A stretch of 64,000 nt of DNA from Planctomycetota bacterium (GTDB lineage: Bacteria; Planctomycetota; PLA2; JAEUHO01): NCBI GenBank assembly GCA_050248855.1, contig JBFWRP010000002.1:192001-256000 (forward strand), written 5' to 3'. Made by a program: the position numbers and the translations under genes. Shown here in pieces: positions 46,872 to 56,383 of the stretch (position 1 is its first letter; each line of letters opens with the position of its first letter). The notes below the pieces were generated by a model that saw nothing but the letters and a program-made list of their open reading frames with translations, did not search any database and was not told the DNA's origin.

Positions 46872-47282
46872 CTACCCGCAGGCCTTGCCGCCGGCGCCGC
46901 AGGCTCCGCCGCCGGAGGGGGCGGGAGCCGGAGCCGGGGCCGGGTAGCTACCACCGTAGGGGTCCTGGTAGCTGGGCGCCGGGTAGCCGGGATCGGGGTA
47001 GGTCGGCGTCGTGTAGCCCGGATCCGTGTAGCCCGGATCCGAGTAGCCATAGCCCGAGTCGTAGCTGGGCGGCGTGTACGAGGGCTCGTAGGCGCCACCG
47101 GGCGGCGTGTAGGACGGCGCCTCGGGGGGCGTGTACGGCGTCGTGTCGCGCGGGGGCGCGGGATCGGCCGAGCCGCCACCCGAGAAGAGCCCGAGCGGGT
47201 CGGGCAGGCTCGGGCCGCCCGAGCAGGCGGCGAGCCCGGTCACGAGGCCGGCGGCGACGAGCAAGGCAAGCAGACGGGTCAT
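46872..47282 (-). CDS. Small Pro/Tyr/Gly-rich lipoprotein with C-terminal ACG..ACG
   Basis: GGAGG RBS; lipobox LAAC; DPGY repeats; ends GGGACGAGGKACG. Confidence 0.75.
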   Translation of the reverse strand: MTRLLALLVAAGLVTGLAACSGGPSLPDPLGLFSGGGSADPAPPRDTTPYTPPEAPSYTPPGGAYEPSYTPPSYDSGYGYSDPGYTDPGYTTPTYPDPGYPAPSYQDPYGGSYPAPAPAPAPSGGGACGAGGKACG

Positions 47283-47466
47283 CGGAGTGACCTCCCGGAG
47301 GTTGGCGGGCCGGACGTGGATCCAGCCCGGCGCAGCACCGTACCCGTGGCGTGGGCCGCCGCGCAACCCGGGACGGGGTGCACGCCGTGCCTGCCCGCTC
47401 CCCGCCGCGAGGGCCGGCGGTCCCCTGGAGGGGAAAGCGTGGCCCCCGGGCCCTCGCCGGGGAACC

Positions 47467-50400
47467 ATGCGCGGGCCCATGGCCGCCGAGGAGATCCTGG
47501 AGCTCGCCGACGCCTACCTCGCCCACCTCGACGCGGGGGGCGGGCTGGAGCCCGAGGCGTTCCTCCACGAGCGCGGGGTCACCAGCGCGGAGGCGCTGGA
47601 CCTGCTCCGCACGCTGGCCTCGATCGAAGGCGAGCACGGGCGGCTCCCGGCGCCTGGGGAGCACGTCGGCCCGTACCGCGTCCTGGCGCGCATCGGCCGC
47701 GGTGGCATGGGCGTCGTCTATCGCGCGCAGGACACGCGCCTCGGGCGGGCCGTGGCGCTCAAGGTCTGCCGCCGCGCCGCGTTGCCGGAGCACGGCGAGC
47801 AGCGCTTCGAACGCGAGGCGCGCGCGCTGGCCTCGCTGCGCCACCCGCACGTGGTGCAGGTGTTCGACCTCGGTGGGTCGCGCGCGCTCCTCTGGTACGC
47901 GATGGAGCTCCACGAGGGCCGCACGCTCGAGGACGTGCTGGCCGACGGGCCGTGGGCCCTGCCCTTCGCCGAGCTCGCGTCCCGGTTCGCCGACGTTGCC
48001 GAAGCGCTCCACGCCGTGCACGAAGCCGGGCTGGTGCACCGCGACGTGAAGCCCGCCAACCTGCTGCTCCGTCCCGACGAGCGGCTCGTGCTCGCCGACT
48101 TCGGCGTCGTCCACTGGGACGAAGCCAGTACGCTGACCTCCACGCGCGACTTGCCGGGCACGCCTGCGTACATGGCGCCGGAGCAGGTGCGCGGCGACCC
48201 GCCGGACGCGGCGGCCGACCAGTACGGCCTCGCGGCCTGTCTGTACCAGGCGATCACCGGCGACTGGCCGCTGCGCCATCTGGGGCTGAAGGACGTCCTC
48301 GCCGAGCGCAGCCGCATGGGCATCCCCGTGCCTCGCACGCTGCGACCCGAGGTGCCCGAGGCGCTGGAGGCCGCCGTCCTGCGTGCGCTCGCGCTGGATC
48401 CCGCCGCCCGGCACCCGGACGTGGAGGCGTTCGCCATGGCCCTGCGCGCCGTCGCGCTCGCGCCGGGCTCGCGCGACCTCTGGTGCGGACGCCGCGTCGG
48501 CGATTACGAGGTCCTCGAACGTCTGGGCACGGGGGCGATGGGCGCGGTCTACCGCGCTCGTCACGTCGCGGACGACCAGCTGGTCGCGCTCAAGATCCTC
48601 CATCCGCATCGCATCGGTGGCGGCGACGCGTTGCAGCGCATCCGTCGCGAGGCCGAGGCCGGCGCCCGCGTGCTCGACCCGCACGTGCTACGCACCCACG
48701 CGTGCGCGATCGAGGTCGTGGACGGCGCGCCGGTCGTCTACCTCGTGCTCGAGCTCGTGCCGGGCCGCACGCTGCGCGAGCTGCTCGGCGACGTCGGACC
48801 GCTGCCCGAGGCCTTGCTCGTCGAGGTTGGACGTCAAGCGGCCCTCGGGCTGGCCGCCATCCACGAGGCCGGGATCGTCCATCGCGACGTCAAGCCCGAC
48901 AACCTCATGATCGACGATGCCCAGCGCGTGCGCGTCATGGACCTGGGCGTCGCCGCGGTGGCGGGCGACGAGACGAGCGGCGGCTTCGTGGGCAGCCTGC
49001 GCTACGCCGCGCCGGAGCAGATCGAGGGCCACGCCGTCGGTCCCGCCGCCGACCTGTACGCGCTCGGCGTCACGCTGTACGAGCTGGCGGCGGGCGTGCC
49101 GCCGTTCGCCGCCGACGACCCGCGCCGTCTCGTGCGCTTGCACCTGGAGGCCGCCCCCCGCTTCCCTCTCCGTGACGAGGCGCCACTCGGCCCGTTCCTC
49201 GAGAGCGTGCTCGAGACGCTGCTGGCCAAGCGGCCCGAGGAACGGTTCGCCTCGGCCGCCGAGCTGGCGGCCGTGCTCGAAGCCGGCGAGGGCGGAACGT
49301 GGTGGCAGGCCCACCGCGACCGGCGCGGGAGCGGACGGCATGCGACGTGGCCCGAGGTGCCCGTGCGTCGCAGCACGCGCCTCGTGGGACGCGACGTGTT
49401 GCGGGCCGCGCTGGATGCACGCATCGACGCGCTGCGGCATGGTCAGGGCGGCGTGGTCGTGCTACGCGGCGAGGCAGGCGCGGGCAAGTCCAGGTTGCTC
49501 GATGCGCTGCTGCGCGCCGAAGCCGGGCGCGACCTGCGCGCGATCTACGCTTCGTTCGGCGACGAGTCCGACGTGGCGGCACTTCTTGCAGGGCTCGCCG
49601 CGCACCTGGGCCCCGGGGACCCGACGCCGTTCCTCGAGCGTGCGCTGGCCTCCGCGCCCCCGCTCGTGCCGGGCCTCGCACGTGCGCTGCAAGGAGGCGG
49701 CAGCGGCGGGCTCGAGCCGGCGGCCCTGCGTCGAGGCCTTCGACTGGTGGCCGACGCGCTGGCCCGCACGACGCCGACGCTGTGGGTCGTGGACGACTTC
49801 CACGCCGCCGACGACGCGGCACGCGAGGCCGTCTTCGTGCTGGCGCGCGCCACGCGCGACGTGCCCTTGCTCGTGATCCTGGCGACCGAGCCGGGGCCGG
49901 ACGAAGCGTGGGCCCCGGCACTCTCGGGCCTCGCCGTGGACACGCGGGACGTCGGACGTCTGGATGCCGCGTCGTTGGAAGCGCTCGTGGGCTCGGTGTT
50001 CGGTGCGGCCCCGTTCGTGGCCGAGCTCGCGGCGCGGCTCCACGAGGCCAGCGACGGCCTGCCCTTCGCGGCCGTCGAAGTGCTCCATGCGCTGGTGGAT
50101 CGCGGCGTCGTCGGTCCGGACGGCGAAGGCGGCTGGCGCGCCGAGCTGCCCATCGACCGGATCGACATGCCGGACGCCGTGCAGGGCCTCTTGGCGTCGC
50201 GCTTGGCCGGGCTCGACGACGACGAGCGGCGCGTGCTGGAGCTGGGCGCCGTCGCCGGCGTCACGTTCGATCCGGACCTCGTGGCGCGCGCGCTCGGCAT
50301 GACGCGGCTGCAGGTCCTGCAGACGCTCGTGCACGTGGAGCGCCGCACGCGCTTGGTGCGCAGCAGTCGCCAGGGCGTCCAGCTGGATGTCCCACGCCTG

Positions 50401-51783
50401 CGCGACCTCTTGGTGGAAGGCCTGGGCGATGAGCTCCGCGCCGAAGCCCACGCGAGCCTCGCCGAGGCGCGTGCGGCCCGCGCCGAAGCGCAGGGCGGTA
50501 CCGGCGGCGAGGACGCCGTGTTCATCGCCTCGCATCACCTGCGCGGTTCGCGTCCGCAGCAGGCCGTGCCGTGGTTCGTGCCGGCGGTGGCGCACCTGCG
50601 TGCAACCGGGCGCAGCACGGAGGGCGCCCAGCTGCTGGAGCGCGCCAAGGAGCGGCCGATGAAGGGGCTCGCCCCGCGAACCGCCGTCGCCCTGGAGCTG
50701 GCGCGCATCGAGTGCCTGGTCGACATCGGGCGCATGGCCGAGGCCGGCGAGGCCTTGGCGTGCGCCGTCCGCGACGAAGGGCCGGCCAGCGGTCCTGCCG
50801 AGATGCTCGCCCTGCGGCGGCTGCAGGGCCTCTGGCTCGTTCGCCGCGGGCGGCTCGCGGAGGCTCGTCCGTGGACGGTCGAGGCCATCGAGCTCGCTGC
50901 GGCGCTGGACGCTCCGGCCGAGGGCGCCGCGTGTCGCCTGCTCGCCGCCGATGTCGCGTTGGATGCCGGTGAGTGGGCCGCGGCGCGTCGCCACCTGGAC
51001 GAGGCCGTGCGCCTGGCCGAGCGGGCGGACGACACGCCGACGCGACTCGACGCCATTGCCCGCGGCGCGGAGGTCGCCGCCTTGGACGGGGCCTTGGCCC
51101 AGGCACTGGGCCTGGCCGACGAGGCGATCGCCGTGGCGGCGCTGCTCCCGCCCTCTTCCGCGGCCGGCAAGGCGTACCTGGTCCTGGCCCGTGTGCTCCA
51201 CGCATTGGGCCGCCTGCCGGCCAGCCTCGATGCCGCGACGAAGGCGCTGCGTCTGGCGACGGCCTTGGGAGATCGCAGGCTCTCGGTGCAGGCCTCCGCG
51301 GCTCGCGCGCTGGTGATCAAGGAGGGTGACGATGCGGCGGCCGCGTACGCAGCGTTCCTGGACGTGCGCGCCGCCAGGCGAGCGCTCGACGATGCTTACG
51401 GCTTGGCGCGTGACGAGCTCGAGTGCTTCCTCGCGGCGCGTCGGCTGGGTCGGGGGGATGCGGCACGTGCGCATCTCGTCGCGGCGCACGAGCTGGCGGG
51501 TCGTGTAGGCAGCTTGGGCCTCGCGCTGCGCGTCGAGGCCGCCCGCGCGCTCGGGGGCATCGTGGACGCCGTCGAGACGCGAGAGCGGCTCGAGCGCGAG
51601 CAGGCGCGGCTGGCTCCCCTTCATGCCGTGGCGGCGTGGTGGTGGGTCGCCGAGGCCGGTGGCGGTGCTGCGGCCGCGAGGCGTGCACGCGAGGCCTTGG
51701 ACCACCTGGTCACCGGCGCTCCCCCCGACGACCGCGCGACGCTGGTCAGGAACGTCGCCCTGCATCGCGACCTTGCCCGCTGA
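47467..51783 (+). CDS. Tandem Ser/Thr kinase-kinase-AAA/STAND ATPase-TPR protein (start 47467 or 47479)
   Basis: GRGGMG/HRDVKPAN/DFG/APE; GTGAMG/HRDVKPDN/DLG/APE; GEAGAGKS, VVDD; helical repeats. Confidence 0.9.
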   Translation: MRGPMAAEEILELADAYLAHLDAGGGLEPEAFLHERGVTSAEALDLLRTLASIEGEHGRLPAPGEHVGPYRVLARIGRGGMGVVYRAQDTRLGRAVALKVCRRAALPEHGEQRFEREARALASLRHPHVVQVFDLGGSRALLWYAMELHEGRTLEDVLADGPWALPFAELASRFADVAEALHAVHEAGLVHRDVKPANLLLRPDERLVLADFGVVHWDEASTLTSTRDLPGTPAYMAPEQVRGDPPDAAADQYGLAACLYQAITGDWPLRHLGLKDVLAERSRMGIPVPRTLRPEVPEALEAAVLRALALDPAARHPDVEAFAMALRAVALAPGSRDLWCGRRVGDYEVLERLGTGAMGAVYRARHVADDQLVALKILHPHRIGGGDALQRIRREAEAGARVLDPHVLRTHACAIEVVDGAPVVYLVLELVPGRTLRELLGDVGPLPEALLVEVGRQAALGLAAIHEAGIVHRDVKPDNLMIDDAQRVRVMDLGVAAVAGDETSGGFVGSLRYAAPEQIEGHAVGPAADLYALGVTLYELAAGVPPFAADDPRRLVRLHLEAAPRFPLRDEAPLGPFLESVLETLLAKRPEERFASAAELAAVLEAGEGGTWWQAHRDRRGSGRHATWPEVPVRRSTRLVGRDVLRAALDARIDALRHGQGGVVVLRGEAGAGKSRLLDALLRAEAGRDLRAIYASFGDESDVAALLAGLAAHLGPGDPTPFLERALASAPPLVPGLARALQGGGSGGLEPAALRRGLRLVADALARTTPTLWVVDDFHAADDAAREAVFVLARATRDVPLLVILATEPGPDEAWAPALSGLAVDTRDVGRLDAASLEALVGSVFGAAPFVAELAARLHEASDGLPFAAVEVLHALVDRGVVGPDGEGGWRAELPIDRIDMPDAVQGLLASRLAGLDDDERRVLELGAVAGVTFDPDLVARALGMTRLQVLQTLVHVERRTRLVRSSRQGVQLDVPRLRDLLVEGLGDELRAEAHASLAEARAARAEAQGGTGGEDAVFIASHHLRGSRPQQAVPWFVPAVAHLRATGRSTEGAQLLERAKERPMKGLAPRTAVALELARIECLVDIGRMAEAGEALACAVRDEGPASGPAEMLALRRLQGLWLVRRGRLAEARPWTVEAIELAAALDAPAEGAACRLLAADVALDAGEWAAARRHLDEAVRLAERADDTPTRLDAIARGAEVAALDGALAQALGLADEAIAVAALLPPSSAAGKAYLVLARVLHALGRLPASLDAATKALRLATALGDRRLSVQASAARALVIKEGDDAAAAYAAFLDVRAARRALDDAYGLARDELECFLAARRLGRGDAARAHLVAAHELAGRVGSLGLALRVEAARALGGIVDAVETRERLEREQARLAPLHAVAAWWWVAEAGGGAAAARRAREALDHLVTGAPPDDRATLVRNVALHRDLAR

Positions 51784-51831
51784 CGACGACGCGCCCGGCT
51801 CCGTACGGCCCATGCCGACGCCAAAACGGAA

Positions 51832-51912
51832 GCGAGGCTGGAAAGCGTCGCTTCCCAGCCTCGCAGGCTTTCGCTTGTAGGTGTCAGAGCCTGAGATCTC
51901 TTCTCAGGCTCT
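51832..51912. terminator. Two hairpins between convergent genes
   Basis: GCGAGGCTGG/CCAGCCTCGC (51832-64) and AGAGCCTGAGA/TCTCAGGCTCT (51886-912). Confidence 0.6.
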
Positions 51913-51920
51913 AGCGTCGA

Positions 51921-52709
51921 TCAGCCGTTGGTCGTCGCGGGGACGTCCTTCTCGGCCTTCTTCTTGCCACCGCAGCAGCCGTTCGGGCACTTCGTGCAGC
52001 CCTCGTCGCTGGCCGAACCGCTGGCGTCACCCGTGGGGGCCGCGGCGCCATCGGCCTTCGCCTTGTTCTTGCAGCAGCCTTCGCCGCACTTGGTGCAGCC
52101 GGCGGCGTCGCTGGCCGAACCGCTGGCGTCACCCGTGGGGGCGGCGGCGCCGTCGGTCTTCGCCTTGTTCTTGCAGCAACCCTCGCCGCACTTGCCGCAG
52201 CCGGCGGCGTCGCTGGCCGAACCGCTCACGCCCTCGGCCTTGGCCTTGTTCGGGCAGTTGCAGCCCTCGTCGCAGGCTTCGCCCGACTCGCACTTGCCGC
52301 AGCAGTCGCCGCTCTTGGCCTTGGCCATCGCCTGGAAGAAGCCGACGAAGCGCTCCTTCGTCCACCCGTCCGCGATCAGCGCGGCCTTGAGGCCCGGCAT
52401 GACGGCGTCCTTGCTGTCGAACCAAGCCGACCACTTGGCGCTGCCCTCGGGGGTCGAGGCGCAGACGCACTCGCCGCCGCAGACCTGCTGGCCGACGTAC
52501 ATGATGATCGAGTGGAACGGCGTCTCGGTCTTCGTGGCCGGAGCCTCGGTCGTGGTGGCGGGGGCCTCGGAGGCCGGGGCCTTCGCAGCCGGCGCGGCCG
52601 CGGGGGCCTCGTCACCGGCGAAGGCGCTGTCGGCGCCGAGGCCGTACGCGCCGAACGCGAGGCCGGCGGCGGCCAGAAGGCCGAGGGCAAGCTTGATGGG
52701 AGTGCGCAT
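51921..52709 (-). CDS. Secreted Cys-rich protein with tandem GCxKCxxGCC cassettes
   Basis: Signal peptide ending AFA; 21 Cys; 34-aa repeat unit. Confidence 0.8.
   Translation of the reverse strand: MRTPIKLALGLLAAAGLAFGAYGLGADSAFAGDEAPAAAPAAKAPASEAPATTTEAPATKTETPFHSIIMYVGQQVCGGECVCASTPEGSAKWSAWFDSKDAVMPGLKAALIADGWTKERFVGFFQAMAKAKSGDCCGKCESGEACDEGCNCPNKAKAEGVSGSASDAAGCGKCGEGCCKNKAKTDGAAAPTGDASGSASDAAGCTKCGEGCCKNKAKADGAAAPTGDASGSASDEGCTKCPNGCCGGKKKAEKDVPATTNG
51950..52260 (-). repeat. 102-bp period tandem repeat, about three units
   Basis: CGTCGCTGGCCGAACCGCT at 52004, 52106 and 52208. Confidence 0.92.
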
Positions 52710-53033
52710 CGTGGAGATTCCTCTCGTGGACTGACGTGGATCTAGGCTCTCGGCCCGATGAGCGAAGCGCCCTCGGACGGGAGCGGGGAGGGTACCGGCA
52801 CCTACGGGGGGCCCGCACAAGCGCGGGACTCCTCGGGCGCCCATCGCCCGCTCCCGCGCCCAGGTGGGACGCATCCTGGTCGGGGCGAGGTTCCCCGGGA
52901 GGTGGACCGGAGAAGTGACCGGGGGCCGAGGGCCCGTGTGCCGGAGGAGCCGGGGGCTGGTCGGCAGCGGCGGGCCCGCCCCCCTGGAGCCCGGTTTTCC
53001 GGGGAGAGCAGGCGTGGTAGACCCGCCGCCTGC

Positions 53034-53441
53034 ATGTTCGAGATGCCGCAGGTCATCCGCCTTCCCTTCACGGACGCAGCGGGCGTCGTGTTCTTCGCGC
53101 GCTACTTCGACTTGGCCCACCTGGCTTTCGAGGAGCTGTTCGACCATCTCGGCCATCGGATTCCCGCCGAGCTGTGGCGGGCCTCCATCGGGTTCCCCCT
53201 CGTCCGCTCGGAGGCCGAGTACCGGCGGCCCCTGGTGCTCGGCGATCGGGTCGCCGTGCAGGTCGAGGCAGAACGGGTGGGCCGTACGTCGTTCACGCTC
53301 CGCCACCGCTTCGTCCACGCCGGGCACGGCGAGGTCGCGGTCGTCCGCATGACCCACGTGGCCATCGAGGTCCCGACGCGGACGCCCGTACCGCTGCCCG
53401 ACGACCTCGCGACGGCCTTGCGCACGCATCTTGTCGGGTAG
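53034..53441 (+). CDS. Hotdog-fold acyl-CoA thioesterase, probable DHNA-CoA hydrolase (MenI function)
   Basis: TDAAGVVFFARYF..AH.AFE (4HBT class); adjacent to the men cluster. Confidence 0.8.
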   Translation: MFEMPQVIRLPFTDAAGVVFFARYFDLAHLAFEELFDHLGHRIPAELWRASIGFPLVRSEAEYRRPLVLGDRVAVQVEAERVGRTSFTLRHRFVHAGHGEVAVVRMTHVAIEVPTRTPVPLPDDLATALRTHLVG

Positions 53442-53499
53442 TCGCCGGAGCTATCTTGGCACGACGAAGACGGAGCGCCGTCCGTCGAGGTCGCCGACG

Positions 53500-54000
53500 A
53501 TGCAGGAAGCCGTCCGCCAGCAGATGGGGGCCGCGATCGAGTCCTTGGCCGCAACGGTGCGAGCGTGTCCCGACACCACGTGGTACACGGGGCGGCGCTG
53601 GTTCCAGCCCTGGTACGTCGCGTACCACGCGACCTATTGGCTGGCGTGGTACCTGGCCGAAGGCGCCCCCGACTTCACGCCGCCGCCGCCCTTCACCAAC
53701 AGCGAGCTCGAAGAAGACTCCTATCCGCCGCGACCGTGGTCGCGCGAGGAGGTCTTGGGGTGGCTGGGGCAGATCCCTGCGCAGCTGGAAGCCCGCGCCG
53801 CGACGTTGGCGGATGCAGACGGTGCGGCACGCCGCGTGAGGATGCCGTGGGGCGACGTGACCGCGCTGGAGGTCCTGCTCTACGGGCTGCGCCACGTGGC
53901 GCACCACACCGGACAGCTGAACCTGCTGGTCCGCTCCGGCGGCAGCAAGCCCGCGATGTGGGTGGCGCGCCACGACGTGTCACCGCCGCCCGCGGCCTGA
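53500..54000 (+). CDS. DinB family protein
   Basis: AYHATYW, RHVAHHTGQLNLL. Confidence 0.85.
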   Translation: MQEAVRQQMGAAIESLAATVRACPDTTWYTGRRWFQPWYVAYHATYWLAWYLAEGAPDFTPPPPFTNSELEEDSYPPRPWSREEVLGWLGQIPAQLEARAATLADADGAARRVRMPWGDVTALEVLLYGLRHVAHHTGQLNLLVRSGGSKPAMWVARHDVSPPPAA

Positions 54001-54001
54001 C

Positions 54002-56383
54002 TCAGGCAAGGCGGTCCGGACGCGTGGCGAGCCACGTGGCCAGCGCCGCATAGGGCACCTTCGGGCCCGGCGCCGGGTCCGCGGGCCATGCCCACCAGCC
54101 GACGGGTCGTTCCGCGGGCGCGAGGTGCTCGCGCGCGCGCGCGGTCAGCTCCGCGGCACGCAGCGGCCTGCGCAGGGCGACGATCGCCGCCGCGCGTGCG
54201 CCCCATTCCGGGTCCTCGACAGGCAGCACGGCCACGGCCTCCACATCCGGCCAAGCGCCCACCACGGACTCGATCAGCTCGGGCTGCACGTTCACGCCGC
54301 CGGAGTGGAAGAGACGGTCCATGCGACCGAGCACGTGGAGGACTCCCTCCTCGAGGCGTCCGCGGTCGCCGGTCGCGTACCAGCCGTCGTCGTCCGCGAG
54401 CGGCACCAGGCCCGCCGGGCCGTACGTGCCCAGCGCCAACGTGGGCGTGCGCACGTGGATGCGCCCGTTCGCCTCGATGCGCAGGTCCACACCGGGCAAC
54501 GCCCGACCGGCGACGCCGTCTGCCGCGGCCTCGTCGGCGTTCGTGCTCGAGACGATGAACGCCGTGGTCTCGGTCATGCCGTACGTGACGACCAGCGGTA
54601 CGCCGGCCTCGATGGCGCGGCGTCGCAGACCGCACGGCGCGGGCGCGCCGCCCAGCAACACGGCGCTCGTGCCCGCCAGCGCGCGCGCGGCGGCGGGGTC
54701 GTCGAGCAACCGTACCAGCTGCGTGGGCACGAGGGAGAGCACGTCGGGGCGCACGCGCAGCAGGGCCTCGCCGAGGCGCTCGCCCGGTCCCGGCACGAGC
54801 AGGTCCAGGTCGCCGACGCCTGCGCGGTGCACGAGCGCCAGTCCCCCGACGTGATGCAGCGGCAGCGAGAGCAGCCAGCGGGCGCCGGGCGCCAGCGCCA
54901 GCCGCGTCAGCGCGGCCCAGGCGGCCTCGCGATGGTGGGCCCACGCGTGGGCCACGAGGCGCGGTCGACCCCCGCTGCCCGATGTGCCCAGCAAGGTGCC
55001 GATGCGCGGGTCGGTGAGCGGGCGTGGCGCCGGTCCGGGTTCGAGGCCCGCGGGGGTCAGCAGGTGCGCGGCGCCGGCCTCGACGACGGCGGCGTGGCGG
55101 CGCGCGGCCGGCCACGTCGCGCCGAGCAGCAGCGGTACGAACGGGGCGCGCTCGTCGCCCGCTTGGGCCAGGGCCGCCAGCGTGGCGTCGACGCCGAGGC
55201 CCTCCAGCGCCACGACGGTGGGGGCCGGCGTGGACGCACGACGCGGCAGGCGGACGGCGCCCGGGCCGAGCGGCGGCCGCGCGGCATGCAGCCAAGGCAC
55301 CAAGGTCGAGGCCGCGTCCAGCCAGACGGGCGAAGGGGCGTGGGTCATGCGCTCGGGCGCGATGTGCCCCTCGACGACCAGCGGCGACGTGCGCAGCGGG
55401 TCGGCGCGGAACACGTCTTCCGTGCCCAGGCCCATCGCGCCCTCGGCAGCCGCCAGATGCAGCGACAGCCGGGCGAGGAACGACAGCCCCAGGCCCGACT
55501 CGAGGGCGGACGACACGACCAGGCGCTTGCCGGCGCGCAAGGCGCGGTCGTCGAGGTCGAGCGTGGCGGCCACGCCCACGCCGGCGGGCTTCACGATCCA
55601 TGCGTCGACGAAGGGCGCCGTGGCCAGCTCCGCGCCGACCGGCTCGCGCAGGGTCTCGTCCAGGGCGATGCGCACGCCGAGCTCGGCCGCGAGGGTCGGC
55701 AGCAGGCGGGGGTCGGCCAGCGGTTCCTCGATGCTCTCGAAGCGCTCGAGCGGCAGGCCCTCGAGGAACGCGCGGGCCGCATCGAGGTCGAAGGCGCGGT
55801 TGGCGTCCAAGCGCACCACGACGTCGGAGGCGAGGCCGTCGAGGAGCCGCAGGATTCCTTCGTGCTCCACCTCCCGCGTGCGGCGTCCGACCTTGACCTT
55901 CACCGCGGGCCAGGTTGCGGCGTCGGGTGCGGCGAGGAAGCCCAGCGCGGCCTCCGCGGTTGCGGCGACCAGCGCGTTGACGGGCACGCGACCGCGCTGC
56001 TCGCGACGGCCCGCGAGGTCCTCGGGCTCGCCGCGGCGTACGCGATCCAAGCCATGCCACGCCATCTCGACAGCGAAGCGAACGGCCGGGTGACGGGCCC
56101 ACGGAGCGGCATCCAAGCGCGAGGTCAGGTCGGCAAAGCCGTCGCACGCCGAGAGCGACGCCAGGTCCGGGGCGGCCCGGGCCGCGCGCGCGACTTCCCC
56201 CAGCACGCGCTGCTCGCGGCGTCGTCCGTGTACGGCGGCGAGCGGCGCCAGCTCACCCCAGCCGGCGTTCCCGTGCGCATCGCCAAGACGCAGCAGCAGC
56301 CCCGGCTTCTCGGGCGCAAGGTGCAGGGCACGGCGCCAACGGCGCCGGATGCGAAGGCTGTACGGCAGCCACGACGCACTCAC
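54002..56383 (-). CDS. menC-menE: Fused o-succinylbenzoate synthase / OSB-CoA ligase (MenC-MenE)
   Basis: GWGELAPL, KVKVGR, RLDANR, IEEP, ALDE, then TSGSGGRPR, TYGMTE, TGDRG, GRMD, SGGVNV in one frame. Confidence 0.88.
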   Translation of the reverse strand: MSASWLPYSLRIRRRWRRALHLAPEKPGLLLRLGDAHGNAGWGELAPLAAVHGRRREQRVLGEVARAARAAPDLASLSACDGFADLTSRLDAAPWARHPAVRFAVEMAWHGLDRVRRGEPEDLAGRREQRGRVPVNALVAATAEAALGFLAAPDAATWPAVKVKVGRRTREVEHEGILRLLDGLASDVVVRLDANRAFDLDAARAFLEGLPLERFESIEEPLADPRLLPTLAAELGVRIALDETLREPVGAELATAPFVDAWIVKPAGVGVAATLDLDDRALRAGKRLVVSSALESGLGLSFLARLSLHLAAAEGAMGLGTEDVFRADPLRTSPLVVEGHIAPERMTHAPSPVWLDAASTLVPWLHAARPPLGPGAVRLPRRASTPAPTVVALEGLGVDATLAALAQAGDERAPFVPLLLGATWPAARRHAAVVEAGAAHLLTPAGLEPGPAPRPLTDPRIGTLLGTSGSGGRPRLVAHAWAHHREAAWAALTRLALAPGARWLLSLPLHHVGGLALVHRAGVGDLDLLVPGPGERLGEALLRVRPDVLSLVPTQLVRLLDDPAAARALAGTSAVLLGGAPAPCGLRRRAIEAGVPLVVTYGMTETTAFIVSSTNADEAAADGVAGRALPGVDLRIEANGRIHVRTPTLALGTYGPAGLVPLADDDGWYATGDRGRLEEGVLHVLGRMDRLFHSGGVNVQPELIESVVGAWPDVEAVAVLPVEDPEWGARAAAIVALRRPLRAAELTARAREHLAPAERPVGWWAWPADPAPGPKVPYAALATWLATRPDRLA

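Noticed and set aside
51950..52260. 102-bp repeat as CRISPR or non-coding repeat
   Set aside because: The period is a multiple of 3 and lies inside a coherent signal-peptide ORF.
51928..52734. 268-aa plus-strand ORF
   Set aside because: Antisense shadow of the Cys-rich gene; the minus frame has the RBS-like site and signal peptide.
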